Below, piece by piece: positions 51,781 to 64,000 of a DNA stretch of 64,000 nt. The notes below the pieces were generated by a model, which made no database searches, was not told the DNA's origin, and saw nothing but the letters and a program-made list of their open reading frames with translations. Location: positions 4,939-68,938 of the forward strand of contig NBNH01000208.1 of the NCBI GenBank assembly GCA_004379115.1. Direction: 5' to 3'. Made by a program: the position numbers and the translations under genes. Every line of letters begins with the position of its first letter. The first letter of the stretch is position 1. Source of the stretch: Actinomycetales bacterium mxb001 (GTDB lineage: Bacteria; Actinomycetota; Actinomycetes; S36-B12).

Positions 51781-53057
51781 TGCTCGTCGGGCTCGGGGCC
51801 GGTCAGGGGCTCGCCGGAGATGCGCTCGAGGAACGCCGCCGGGTCGCTGAGGTCCTCGGCGTCGGGGAGCAGGTCGGGGTGCGCCCACAGTGCGTCGCGG
51901 CCCTCGATGCCGCTCGTCTCGCGCAGTTGCCGCCACAGTTGGGCTGCCTCGCGCAGTGCTCGGGGTCGCAATTCGAGTCCGACGAGCGAGGCGAACGTGC
52001 GCTCGGCGGGTCCGCCCGCGGCACGGCGACGACGTACGGCCTCCTCGACGCGCTCCGCTGACGGCAGCGTCGCCGCACTGGCCTGCGTCACCACGTCGCT
52101 CACCCACCCTTCGATCAGGGCGAGCAGGGTTTCGAGTCGCGCGAGTGCGGCCTGCTGCTCGGGGGACTCGGAGAGAGCGAACATGTCGGAGCCCAGGGCC
52201 TCTTGCAGCCTCGTCGGATCCTGCAGTGACGCGGGATCGATGCCGCGCATCGCCTCGCCCAGTCGATCGGTGTCGACGCGTATGCCGCGCGCATAGGCAT
52301 CGATGGCGCCCTCGAGGCGTCCGGCAAGCCAGGGCACATGGGCGAAGAGCCGCTGATGCGCGCACTCGCGCAGTGCCAGGTAGAGGCGGACCTCATCGAC
52401 CGGAATGCCCAGGCCGTCGCCGAACTGCTCCACATTGCGCGGGAGCAGGACTGGCCGAGAGTCGGTGGTGAGTGGCACGCCGACGTCGGCGACGCCCACG
52501 ACCTCGCCCGCCAGGGCGGCGAGCGCCTGGCCGACCTGCATGCCGAACATGGCCGAGCCCATCTGCCGCGCCATCGCCATGAGCGGCGCCATCATCGCGG
52601 CCGCCTCGGGTGGCATGCCTTCGGGCAGGAGCGCGGCAAGCTCGGGTGGCACCGCGTCGCCTGTCGGTGCGCTCATGACACTGCTCACGTGCTCGGCGAT
52701 GGGTGCCACGATGCGCTGCCACGCGGGGAACGTTCCCTCAAGCCACTCGGACCGACTCCAGGCGAGGCCGTCGGCTGATGATGCGGGGTACGACGTCGCG
52801 GGATCGAGCCACACCTGGGCGAGGCTGATCGCATCGACGACAGCGCGTCGCTCGGCGTCGGAGACGGATGGGTCGCCCTGCGCGGAGATGGCCTGCCGTG
52901 CCCCGTCGCGTGCGAGATCCCAGCTCACGCCGCCCTCGGCGCCCCCCTGCTGCATGAGGCGTCCGAGCTGCTGGAGCATCGCCCCCAACTGGGACATGTC
53001 GAAGGGCTGCTGCCCGCCGTCAGGCGCTCCGAAGCCGAAGGGCAGGTTCCCGCTCAT
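51777..53057 (-). CDS. DUF2342 / zincin-like putative metalloprotease family protein
   Basis: The ATG at 53057 gives MSGNLPFGFGAPDGGQQPFDMSQLGAMLQQLGRLMQQGG...LAQVWLD...LYLALRECAHQRLFAHVPWL. The ORF-track N-terminal 113 aa are Gly/Arg-rich and unlikely to be translated. Confidence 0.75.
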   Translation of the reverse strand: MSGNLPFGFGAPDGGQQPFDMSQLGAMLQQLGRLMQQGGAEGGVSWDLARDGARQAISAQGDPSVSDAERRAVVDAISLAQVWLDPATSYPASSADGLAWSRSEWLEGTFPAWQRIVAPIAEHVSSVMSAPTGDAVPPELAALLPEGMPPEAAAMMAPLMAMARQMGSAMFGMQVGQALAALAGEVVGVADVGVPLTTDSRPVLLPRNVEQFGDGLGIPVDEVRLYLALRECAHQRLFAHVPWLAGRLEGAIDAYARGIRVDTDRLGEAMRGIDPASLQDPTRLQEALGSDMFALSESPEQQAALARLETLLALIEGWVSDVVTQASAATLPSAERVEEAVRRRRAAGGPAERTFASLVGLELRPRALREAAQLWRQLRETSGIEGRDALWAHPDLLPDAEDLSDPAAFLERISGEPLTGPEPDEQ

Positions 53058-53144
53058 GCGACCACGGTAAGGGAAGAGGCGCCGCCCGGCAGGGGGCGTA
53101 CCCTGGGGTGCGGCCCTTCCCGGGCCCCGATGTGAGGAGTTCGC

Positions 53145-53420
53145 GTGTCTGCCCTGCTGTGGTGGCTCATCCCCGTGGGTGCCACCCTGCTCGCCCTGGC
53201 GTGGGCGGCACTGCGCAGTCGCCCCCGGCGTCCCCTCGACACCCACTCCTCGCTGGGCGATATGGCTCGGTTCCGCGCCGCCATGCGCCGGCCCATGCCC
53301 GACCGCCGCACCCCGCGACCCGCACGGTCCGGTCCACGTCGTGCCCCCCGTGCCTCGCGACCGTCGGCCAGCGCCGCACGTGCTCGCCGCGACCACGGCC
53401 CCGACGGCCGACCCGCGTGA
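53145..53420 (+). CDS. Small membrane protein (91 aa; one TM helix plus an Arg/Pro-rich tail)
   Basis: The GTG at 53145 is preceded by GAGGAG 5 nt upstream. The protein starts SALLWWLIPVGATLLALAWAAL. Its stop overlaps the start of the next gene (GTGA at 53417-53420). Confidence 0.5.
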   Translation: MSALLWWLIPVGATLLALAWAALRSRPRRPLDTHSSLGDMARFRAAMRRPMPDRRTPRPARSGPRRAPRASRPSASAARARRDHGPDGRPA

Positions 53421-54529
53421 GCTCGCCTGACACCGTTTCCGCCTCGGATCCGCCGGGCCGAGACGGCCAGCGTCGCCGCCCTGGCCCGCGTGCCATCACC
53501 GCTCTCATCAGCGGGGGTGTCCTGCTCGCGCTGCTCATCATCGCCGGGCTCCTGCCTGTGCCCTTCGTCATCTTGTCGCCCGGACCGACGTTCAACACGA
53601 TCGGCGACATCGATGGCGTCCCGCTGGTGGAGATCAGCGACACGACCACCTATCCCGTCTCGGGCAACCTCGACATGACGACGATTCGCGAAGAGGGGGA
53701 ACCGCGCAGTCCGCTGACCGTGTACGGCGCCCTGGCGGCCTGGGTCGACCCCGATCGGGCCGTGCTGCCCCGTGAATTGCTCTACGGCGACGACGAGACG
53801 GGCGAGGAGGTGCAGCAGCGCAATGCGGTTCTCTTCTCCACCTCGCAGTCCAACGCGATCGCGGCCGCGCTCGGCGCTCTCGACAAGCCGGTGATCGAGG
53901 ATGTCGTCGTCACGGCCGTGGTGGAAGGCACTCCGGCATTTGGAGTTCTCGATGCGGGCGAGCTCATTCGCGTCATCGACGGGCGCGAGATCACGCGCCC
54001 GGAGGATGTCGTCGATGCCGTACGTGCCAAGCCCGTCGGATCGACACTCGTGTTCACGGTGGAGCGCGATGGTGCGGCCACCGACGTCGAGGTCGTGTCG
54101 GCACCCAAGCCCGATGAGCCCGAGGTGCCCTACGTCGGCATCACCGTTGGCATCAACTACCGGGCCGAGTTCCCCATTCGCTTCACGCTCGAAGACATCG
54201 GTGGCCCGAGCGCCGGGATGATGTTCGCCCTCGCGATCGTCGACAAGTTGACGCCGGAGGATCTGGTCGCCGGCGAGCACGTCGCAGGCACAGGCACGAT
54301 CGATCCGTCGGGTGCGGTGGGTGCTATCGGTGGCATCCGTCAGAAGCTGGCCGGCGCCGCCGGGGCGGGCGCCACGTTGTTCCTCATGCCCGATGTCCAC
54401 TGCGAGGAAGCGCAGGGCCATATCCCCGACGGACTCACCGTCGTGCCGGTCGCGACCTTGCAGGATGCACTCGCCGCCCTGGAGGCGTGGAGGTCGGGCC
54501 AGGCCTTGCCCACCTGCCCCGCCTCGTGA
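53417..54529 (+). CDS. YlbL-like PDZ domain / Lon-type (S16) serine protease, membrane-anchored
   Basis: The GTG at 53417 opens the ORF. A TM helix is present (ITALISGGVLLALLIIAGLL), followed by a PDZ region (GVLDAGELIRVIDGREI). The Lon proteolytic domain reads DIGGPSAGMMFALAIVDKL...GTGTIDPSGAVGAIGGIRQKLAGA (Ser-Lys dyad context). Confidence 0.85.
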   Translation: MSSPDTVSASDPPGRDGQRRRPGPRAITALISGGVLLALLIIAGLLPVPFVILSPGPTFNTIGDIDGVPLVEISDTTTYPVSGNLDMTTIREEGEPRSPLTVYGALAAWVDPDRAVLPRELLYGDDETGEEVQQRNAVLFSTSQSNAIAAALGALDKPVIEDVVVTAVVEGTPAFGVLDAGELIRVIDGREITRPEDVVDAVRAKPVGSTLVFTVERDGAATDVEVVSAPKPDEPEVPYVGITVGINYRAEFPIRFTLEDIGGPSAGMMFALAIVDKLTPEDLVAGEHVAGTGTIDPSGAVGAIGGIRQKLAGAAGAGATLFLMPDVHCEEAQGHIPDGLTVVPVATLQDALAALEAWRSGQALPTCPAS

Positions 54530-54555
54530 GACCGGGCCGCTTGACGTAAGTTGGA

Positions 54556-57477
54556 ATGGTGACCGCTGCAGCGCCTCCGGTGACCGGCCAGGCTCCCCGC
54601 CGCGGCCGTGTCCTCCTGCCGACCATCATCATCCTCGGCGCCATCGTCATCGGATTCGTGCTCTTCACGGGCTTCTACACCGACTGGCTGTGGTTCGCCT
54701 CGGTCGACAACACGAGCGTCTACACCACCCAGCTCATCACCCGGGCGATCATGTTCAGCAGTTTCGGGCTGACGATGGCGGTCGTCATCGGTGGCACCCT
54801 GTGGCTCGCCTACCGCCTCCGGCCGGTGGTCACTCCCTTGACGCAGGAGCAGGCCGGGCTCGAGCGCTACCGCGCGAGCCTCAACCCCTTCCGCGTCCTC
54901 ATCACGGTCGTGACGACGGCCCTGATCTCGCTCCTGGCGGGCATCTCGGCATCGGCGGAGTGGTCGACGTTCCTGCAGTGGCGCTACGCCACTGACTTCG
55001 GGATCACCGACCCGCAGTTCGGCCTCGACATCGGCTTCTACATCTTCACCTATCCGTTCCTGCGTTTCGTCCTCGGTTTCGCGTTCACCGCGGTCATTCT
55101 CGCGCTGCTGCTCGCCACCTCGGTGCACTACCTGTACGGCGGCCTGAGACTGCAGCCCAAGGGTGATCGGGCGAGCGTCGGAGCGCAGGTGCACCTGTCC
55201 GCGCTCATCGCGATCTTCCTGCTGCTCAAGGCGGTCGCCTACTGGCTCGATCGCTACGGCCTGATGATCAAGAGCGAGGCGCTCGTCCAGGGCTTCACCG
55301 GCATGAAGTACACCGATGCCAACGCTGTGCTTCCCGCCCTGACGATCCTGACCTTCGTGGCCGGTCTCGTGGCCGTTCTCTTCATCGTCAACATCCTGGT
55401 GCGCAATTGGGTGATCCCCACCATCGGTCTGGGCCTGCTCATCGCCTCATCCATCCTCATCGGCGGTGTCTACCCCGCGATCGTCCAGCAGTTCCAGGTG
55501 CGCCCCAGCGAGCTCGTCCGCGAGCAGCCGTTCATCGAGCGCAATATCACCGCGACGCGTTCCGCCTACGGCATCGCCAACGCCGATGTCCAGGACTATC
55601 CCGGCACCGTCGATCCGCCCAGCCCCGAGGTCATCGCGGCCAATTCCGGCACTCTCGACAACATCCGGTTGCTCGACCCGGCCCTCGCCTCGCCGACCTA
55701 CAACCAGCTCCAGCAGATCCGCGCGTACTACTCATTCAATGACACCCTCGACGTCGACCGCTACATGATGGAAGGCGGCCAGCGTGGAGCCGTGGTCGCG
55801 GCACGCGAAATCAACATCGCCGGCATCCCCGAAAACCAGCGCAACTGGGCCAATGACCACGCGGTCTACACCCATGGCTATGGGTTCGTCTCGGCCTACG
55901 ACAACACGGCGCTGACCAACGGCCAGCCCGACTTCTTCGAAAGCGATATCCCGCCGGAGGGCCTGCTCGACATCGAGCAGCCGCGCATCTACTTCGGCGA
56001 GCTGTCACCGCCGTTCTCCATCGTGGGCGCCCCCGAGGGCACACCTCCGGTCGAGCTCGACTACCCGGACGACGCGAGCCCCACCGGACAGGTCAACAAC
56101 ACCTACACCGGCTCGGGTGGCGTCGCCGTGGGTTCGTTCTTCCATCGCCTGCTCTTCGCCACGAAGTTCCAGGACAGCAACATCCTGCTGACCGACCTCA
56201 TCAACGAGGAGTCGCGGATCCTGTGGGATCGCACGCCGCTCACGCGCGTCGAGAAGATTGCACCCTGGCTCACCCTCGACCAGGACCCCTACCCGGCCGT
56301 CGTCAATGGGCGCATCGTGTGGTTCGTCGACGGCTACACCACGACCAACGCCTACCCCTACTCCTCGCGCATCTCCCTCGGCGAGGCGACGAGCGACTCC
56401 ATCACGGTGCGATCGGGGTCGTCGGCCATCGCGCCGATCGATCAGCTCAACTACGCGCGCAACTCCGTGAAGGCCATCGTCGATGCCTACGAGGGCACCG
56501 TGACGCTGTACGCGTGGGATGAGGCCGACCCCATCCTCCAGACATGGATGAAGGCCTTCCCCGGCGTCATCCAGCCCCGGGCCGATATGCCGGCCGACAT
56601 GGAGGCACATGTGCGCTACCCGCAGGACCTGTTCAAGGTGCAGCGGGTCGTCATGTCGCGCTACCACGTGACCGACCCGGCCACGTTCTACAACGGCACC
56701 GACTTCTGGATCGTGCCCTTCGACCCGACGCAGACGATCCAGCAGTTCCAGCCGCCCTACTACCTGACCCTGCAGATGCCCGGCCAGGAGCAGCCGACGT
56801 TCTCGTTGACGACGACGTTCGCACCGCAGCGACGGCCCACCCTTGCTGCGTTCATGGCGGTCGACTCCGCGCCGGGTGACGGCTACGGCACGCTCCGCGT
56901 GCTGCAGTTGCCGAGCAATACGACGATTCCCGGTCCCACGCAGGTGCAGAACAACTTCGAGTCCGACCCGGAGATCAGCTCCGAACTCTCGCTGCTGCGG
57001 CGAGGTGGCTCCGAGGTCGACCTCGGCAACCTGCTGTCGCTGCCCTTCAACGGCGGCCTGCTCTACGTCGAACCCGTCTACCTGCGCGCGACGCAGGATG
57101 GCTACCCGCTCTTCCGCAAGGTCCTCGCGGCCTACGGTGCCAATGTCGCGCTCGAGGACACTCTCGATGAGGCGCTGGCCAAGGTGCTCTCGACCGATCC
57201 CAACCCGACGCCCGAGCCGACCCCCGGACCCAGCCCTGATCCGCAGCCGACACCGACGCCCGGTCCCACGCCGGGTCCGGAGCCGACCGGTGATCCGCTG
57301 ACCGACCTGCAGACCGCACTCGCCGATGCGCAGGCCGCCTATGACCGCGGACGTGAGGCACTGGCCCGTGGTGATTTCGCCGCCTACGGCGAGGCCCAGG
57401 CAGCGCTCGAAGATGCCCTGCGTCGCGCGGCCGAAGCCGAGGCCCGCCTGGTCGGCGAGGACGCTCAACCTGCATAG
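54556..57477 (+). CDS. UPF0182 family large membrane protein
   Basis: 973 aa. It has about 7 N-terminal TM helices and a large extracytoplasmic domain. The C-terminal linker is Pro-rich (DPNPTPEPTPGPSPDPQPTPTPGPTPGPEPTGDP). Size, architecture and position next to the PDZ/Lon gene match UPF0182. Confidence 0.8.
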   Translation: MVTAAAPPVTGQAPRRGRVLLPTIIILGAIVIGFVLFTGFYTDWLWFASVDNTSVYTTQLITRAIMFSSFGLTMAVVIGGTLWLAYRLRPVVTPLTQEQAGLERYRASLNPFRVLITVVTTALISLLAGISASAEWSTFLQWRYATDFGITDPQFGLDIGFYIFTYPFLRFVLGFAFTAVILALLLATSVHYLYGGLRLQPKGDRASVGAQVHLSALIAIFLLLKAVAYWLDRYGLMIKSEALVQGFTGMKYTDANAVLPALTILTFVAGLVAVLFIVNILVRNWVIPTIGLGLLIASSILIGGVYPAIVQQFQVRPSELVREQPFIERNITATRSAYGIANADVQDYPGTVDPPSPEVIAANSGTLDNIRLLDPALASPTYNQLQQIRAYYSFNDTLDVDRYMMEGGQRGAVVAAREINIAGIPENQRNWANDHAVYTHGYGFVSAYDNTALTNGQPDFFESDIPPEGLLDIEQPRIYFGELSPPFSIVGAPEGTPPVELDYPDDASPTGQVNNTYTGSGGVAVGSFFHRLLFATKFQDSNILLTDLINEESRILWDRTPLTRVEKIAPWLTLDQDPYPAVVNGRIVWFVDGYTTTNAYPYSSRISLGEATSDSITVRSGSSAIAPIDQLNYARNSVKAIVDAYEGTVTLYAWDEADPILQTWMKAFPGVIQPRADMPADMEAHVRYPQDLFKVQRVVMSRYHVTDPATFYNGTDFWIVPFDPTQTIQQFQPPYYLTLQMPGQEQPTFSLTTTFAPQRRPTLAAFMAVDSAPGDGYGTLRVLQLPSNTTIPGPTQVQNNFESDPEISSELSLLRRGGSEVDLGNLLSLPFNGGLLYVEPVYLRATQDGYPLFRKVLAAYGANVALEDTLDEALAKVLSTDPNPTPEPTPGPSPDPQPTPTPGPTPGPEPTGDPLTDLQTALADAQAAYDRGREALARGDFAAYGEAQAALEDALRRAAEAEARLVGEDAQPA

Positions 57478-57504
57478 CGCGGACCGCTGAAACGCGACCG
57501 CTAG

Positions 57505-58929
<1,425 letters not shown>

Positions 58930-58938
58930 CGCTCGCGT

Positions 58939-60264
58939 CTAGGCGCGTGCCGTCGCGACGAGCGTGCGCGTGAACCACTGCCTGGCCAGCCCGCAGACCT
59001 GATCGAGGGTGCCCGGCTCCTCGAACAGGTGGGTGGCGTGATCGACGACGGCGAGCTCGTGCGGGCCGGCCAGGCGCTCGGCGGCCCAGCGATTCAGTCG
59101 CAGTACGTCGATATCCCGGCCGCCGACGATGAGCAGCGTGGGAGCCGTCACTCGCGGCAGCCAGTCGGCGGCGAGATCGGGTCGCCCGCCGCGCGAGACG
59201 ACGGAGTGGACCAGGCGCGGAGACTCGGCGGCGGCGACGAGCGCGGCGGCAGCGCCGGTACTCGCCCCGAAGAGCCCCACGGGCAGCGTGCGCACGGGGT
59301 CCACCTCGCGCACCCAGTCGATGGTGTGCACAAGTCGTTGGCCCAGGCGCGCGACGTCGAAAACCAGGCGCCGATCGCCATCTTCCGCAATCGACATCAG
59401 ATCGAAGAGCAAGGTGGCGAAGGACGCGGAGACGAGGGAGGCAGCCACACGCTGGTTGCGCGGACTCAGCCGGCTGCTGCCGCTGCCATGGGCGAAGATG
59501 ACGAGCCCCCGCGCATTCGCGGGCACCTCAAGGATTCCGGGCAGGCGCAGGAGGGGGCCCGCCGGAGATGGGATCGGCACATCGACCTCGAGGACGTCGC
59601 CGCGGAGCGCGCCGGCCAAGAGGTGCTGAACGGTGTCATCGGGGACGGCCGTGAAGTCGTCGTACCACTCGCCGACAGCCTGGAAGACCGGCGGGATCTC
59701 AAGGCAGAGCACCTCGTCGGCCACGCGACGTAGTCGACGAACGGCCTCCGGGGAACCGACCGGCACGGCCACGACCACGGTTCGCGCGCCCAGGGCGCGT
59801 ACGACGCTGACGGCAGCCGTGGCCGTAGAGCCGGTGGCCAGCCCGTCGTCGACGATGATGACGACGCGTCCGCGAAGATCCATGAGGGGTCGTCCATTGC
59901 GCAGGAGTTGCACGCGCCGGCGGACCTGCTGCTCCTGCTCGTCGATGATGCCCTGACGAATCGGCATGCTGATGCCCAGCGCCTCGCACATGTCGTCATT
60001 GACGATGCGGACGCCGCCTTCGGCCACGGCACCGAAGGCGAATTCCGGATTGCTCGGTGCGCCGAGCTTGCGCACGATCACGGCGTCGAGCGGGGCACTC
60101 AGGGCATCTGCTACCTCGGCTGCCACCGGCACACCACCTCGAGGCAGGCCGAGGACGACGGGACGTCGTTCCCGGTAGGCCTCCAACGCCTGCGCAAGGC
60201 GGTGACCAGCATCGCGACGATCACGGAATGGCACGGGTCCTCCTTCGCACGGTGACGTCTCCAT
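58939..60264 (-). CDS. Phosphoribosyltransferase domain fused to a dienelactone-hydrolase-type alpha/beta hydrolase domain
   Basis: 441 aa. The PRTase part reads FRDRRDAGHRLA...VVLGLPRGGVPVA...VVIIVDDGLATGST. The C-terminal half reads GLVIFAHGSGSSRLSPRN...GASTGAAAAL, a hydrolase fold. Confidence 0.8.
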   Translation of the reverse strand: METSPCEGGPVPFRDRRDAGHRLAQALEAYRERRPVVLGLPRGGVPVAAEVADALSAPLDAVIVRKLGAPSNPEFAFGAVAEGGVRIVNDDMCEALGISMPIRQGIIDEQEQQVRRRVQLLRNGRPLMDLRGRVVIIVDDGLATGSTATAAVSVVRALGARTVVVAVPVGSPEAVRRLRRVADEVLCLEIPPVFQAVGEWYDDFTAVPDDTVQHLLAGALRGDVLEVDVPIPSPAGPLLRLPGILEVPANARGLVIFAHGSGSSRLSPRNQRVAASLVSASFATLLFDLMSIAEDGDRRLVFDVARLGQRLVHTIDWVREVDPVRTLPVGLFGASTGAAAALVAAAESPRLVHSVVSRGGRPDLAADWLPRVTAPTLLIVGGRDIDVLRLNRWAAERLAGPHELAVVDHATHLFEEPGTLDQVCGLARQWFTRTLVATARA

Positions 60265-60299
60265 GCTGCGCGACGTCGTCGCGGACCCTCGGGGCGTGC

Positions 60300-60326
60300 A
60301 CGGTCAGGTGACCGGTCGCTGACCGT
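60300..60326. promoter_or_regulatory. Interleaved inverted repeats in the PRTase-hydrolase / hsp20 divergent intergenic region; candidate operator
   Basis: The repeat is ACGGTCAG-N11-CTGACCGT (60300-60326). Nested half-sites read GGTCA-GG-TGACC and GGTCG-C-TGACC, with GTGAC...GTCAC. Confidence 0.3.
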
Positions 60327-60408
60327 CACGACCCCGGACAGGCGCTGGTCGGCGACCTAGCGTCGTCGGTACGCGAACCCGCAATGCACGTCGAGCGAAG
60401 GAGGAATC

Positions 60409-60867
60409 ATGACCACGGTGGTGCGGACCGAACGCCGTCCCCTCATGACTCGCATGACGGAGCCCTGGCCGCGGCTCATGGACTGGTTCGAGGCGATGGT
60501 CCCGGGCGATCCCGCTTGGCGCAATGCCTTCACGCATTCCATGCGCGTGGAGGAGTTCAGCCGCGACGGCGATTTCGTCGTACGCGCGGAAATGCCGGGG
60601 ATCAATCCGGAAAAGGACATCGACATCACGATCGAGGACGGGTTCCTCATCATCGACGGTCGTCGAGAGGAGTCCACTCAGGAGGGCACTCGCTCGGAGT
60701 TCTTCTACGGCCACTTCCAGCGCACACTCGCCCTTCCCTCGGGCGTGGACGCGGGCAATGTGAAGGCCGAGTACCGCGACGGAATCCTGGAGATCTGCGT
60801 CCACATGCCCGAGAAGCGTTCCGAGGCGGTCCACGTCCCGGTAGCGCGCAAGACCGCGTCTGCCTGA
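60409..60867 (+). CDS. Hsp20 / alpha-crystallin family small heat-shock protein
   Basis: 152 aa. The alpha-crystallin domain reads FVVRAEMPGINPEKDIDITIEDGFLIIDGRREE...FQRTLALPSGVDAGNVKAEYRDGILEI. AAGGAGGA lies upstream of the ATG. Confidence 0.9.
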   Translation: MTTVVRTERRPLMTRMTEPWPRLMDWFEAMVPGDPAWRNAFTHSMRVEEFSRDGDFVVRAEMPGINPEKDIDITIEDGFLIIDGRREESTQEGTRSEFFYGHFQRTLALPSGVDAGNVKAEYRDGILEICVHMPEKRSEAVHVPVARKTASA

Positions 60868-60958
60868 GGCGCCATGAGACCCCGGCGGGGGCTGCCCCCC
60901 GACCTCCATCGCTCGGTCACGGCCGCGCATGCGAGGTATTCAGTTCCCGCCGGGACGC

Positions 60959-60994
60959 GGGTGCCCGTTGTCGTGAGGGCAGCAACGGGCACCC
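60959..60994 (+). terminator. Perfect 12-bp GC-rich hairpin about 90 nt downstream of hsp20
   Basis: GGGTGCCCGTTG (60959-60970) pairs with CAACGGGCACCC (60983-60994), separated by a 12-nt loop. There is no U-tract. Confidence 0.5.
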
Positions 60995-61007
60995 GCACCC
61001 CCCGGGG

Positions 61008-61598
61008 GTGTCGGTGAGCGTCGTCTTCAATGCGCCGCCCGGATGGCCCGCTCCGCCCGTGGGTTGGCTGCCTCCCCCCGGATGGCAGCCGCCGACCGCG
61101 TGGCCGAGCGCACCTGCGGGCTGGACGTTCTACCTCGAACTCGTTCCGGCCTATCGGTCGCGGCTCACGGTGCGCACGGATTGGGACCGTGCCGATCCGG
61201 GCTATGTCGGAAGGCGTGCCTGGCTTGCGCGCACGCGAGAGTTCACGCAACGCCACAGCCTGGTGCTGGTGCCCCTCGCGCTCGTCTCCGGGGTTGTCGT
61301 CCTCATCGTGCTGATCGCCGGACTTGCCCTAGGTGCAAGTTCACTGGAATCCGCGGCCGTCCAGGCGTGCTCCCGACTCCTCGACGACGAGGCGCCGAGC
61401 ACTGCGCCAGCAACGACCGGGGCCCCCCGCGCCCGTTCCGTGGTCATCGATGAGGTCCGAACGGCTTCCCCGACGCTCATGGTCGTGACGGGTACCTACC
61501 GCGGCGCGGATGGCACCATGTCCTTCACGTGCCCGGTGAGCACGGCCGCGGGCTCGCCCGTGGTGGGGGACATCGAGTGGGGTGCGGTGTCGCCCTAG
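61008..61598 (+). CDS. Hypothetical membrane-anchored protein with an N-terminal Pro/Trp repeat (PPGW-type)
   Basis: GTG at 61008 (or 61014) gives VSVSVVFNAPPGWPAPPVGWLPPPGWQPPTAWPSAPAGWTFY. A TM helix follows (LVLVPLALVSGVVVLIVLIAGLAL), then a small C-terminal domain. The rest of ORF 60384-61598 overlaps hsp20 in another frame. Confidence 0.5.
   Translation: MSVSVVFNAPPGWPAPPVGWLPPPGWQPPTAWPSAPAGWTFYLELVPAYRSRLTVRTDWDRADPGYVGRRAWLARTREFTQRHSLVLVPLALVSGVVVLIVLIAGLALGASSLESAAVQACSRLLDDEAPSTAPATTGAPRARSVVIDEVRTASPTLMVVTGTYRGADGTMSFTCPVSTAAGSPVVGDIEWGAVSP

Positions 61599-64000
<2,402 letters not shown>

Noticed and set aside
51061-52296. A 411-aa plus-strand ORF starting in the 513-bp spacer and running antisense through the NUDIX and DUF2342 genes.
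   Set aside because: It is Ser/Arg/Ala-rich low-complexity sequence with no motifs. Its GDS-repeat start is simply the GGGGACAG repeats read in frame. The opposite strand carries a Nudix box and the DUF2342 signature.
53054-54421. A 455-aa minus-strand ORF opposite the YlbL-like protease gene.
   Set aside because: It is an antisense shadow ORF. It is Arg/Gly/Asp-rich with no motifs, whereas the + strand frame has PDZ and Lon Ser-Lys motifs.
60265-60408. Known heat-shock/dormancy operators upstream of hsp20: HAIR (CTTGAGT-N7-ACTCAAG), the DosR box (TTSGGGACTWWAGTCCCSAA) and the RheA site. I also noted a RecA-NDp-like GGTCAGGTG.
   Set aside because: None of the consensus sequences is present. 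The GGTCAGGTG string is not followed by a TAnnnT hexamer at the required 8-nt spacing on either strand.

Overview
This is a high-GC (about 70% G+C by eye) chromosomal window from an actinobacterium; mycothiol genes mshB and mycoredoxin, AdnAB and UvrD2 support that assignment. It is densely packed. I support about 57 protein-coding genes, and most intergenic gaps are under 110 bp. I found no rRNA, tRNA, CRISPR array, transposase, integrase or phage gene, so it reads as core genome rather than an accessory island.

From memory of the M. tuberculosis H37Rv map, the gene order resembles two conserved actinobacterial blocks.
- Block 1 (about 1.4-19 kb): mshB, a DUF6113-like membrane protein, fdxA, dapC, gltA, dapD, DUF3117, O-methyltransferase, htrA-like protease, tatB, mrp, DUF1003 and an MgtE-N/CBS protein.
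- Block 2 (about 22-57 kb): DEAD-box helicase, ferritin-like protein, DUF3107, TetR, moeZ, adnA-adnB, nudC, mycoredoxin, uvrD2, DUF2342 metalloprotease-like protein, YlbL/Lon-PDZ protease and UPF0182.
- The window ends with argG, a PRTase-hydrolase fusion, hsp20 and ppc. The two edge genes (S9 peptidase and ppc) are truncated by the window.

I do not see a clear novel multi-gene system. The points most worth follow-up are:
- An identical 10-mer sits exactly 18 nt upstream of the GTG starts of adnA and uvrD2. It is a candidate RecA-independent DNA-damage promoter driving leaderless mRNAs.
- A 513-bp noncoding, structured region carries an AT-rich island and phased GGGGACAG repeats. It lies in the slot where whiB7 sits in mycobacteria.
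- A membrane/kinase-like/flippase-like protein appears to form an operon with a CDGSH Fe-S protein.
- A gamma-glutamylation-type catabolic cluster interrupts the conserved synteny.
- A DUF2332-NUDIX fusion is present.
- The sigE-rseA pair is absent between the O-methyltransferase and htrA.
- A Shine-Dalgarno-sequestering nested hairpin lies upstream of yceI.
- dapC appears to use a CTG start.
- Six convergent gene pairs share their stop codons in the tetranucleotide CTAG.

All functional calls rest on motif recognition in the translated ORFs. No database search was run.
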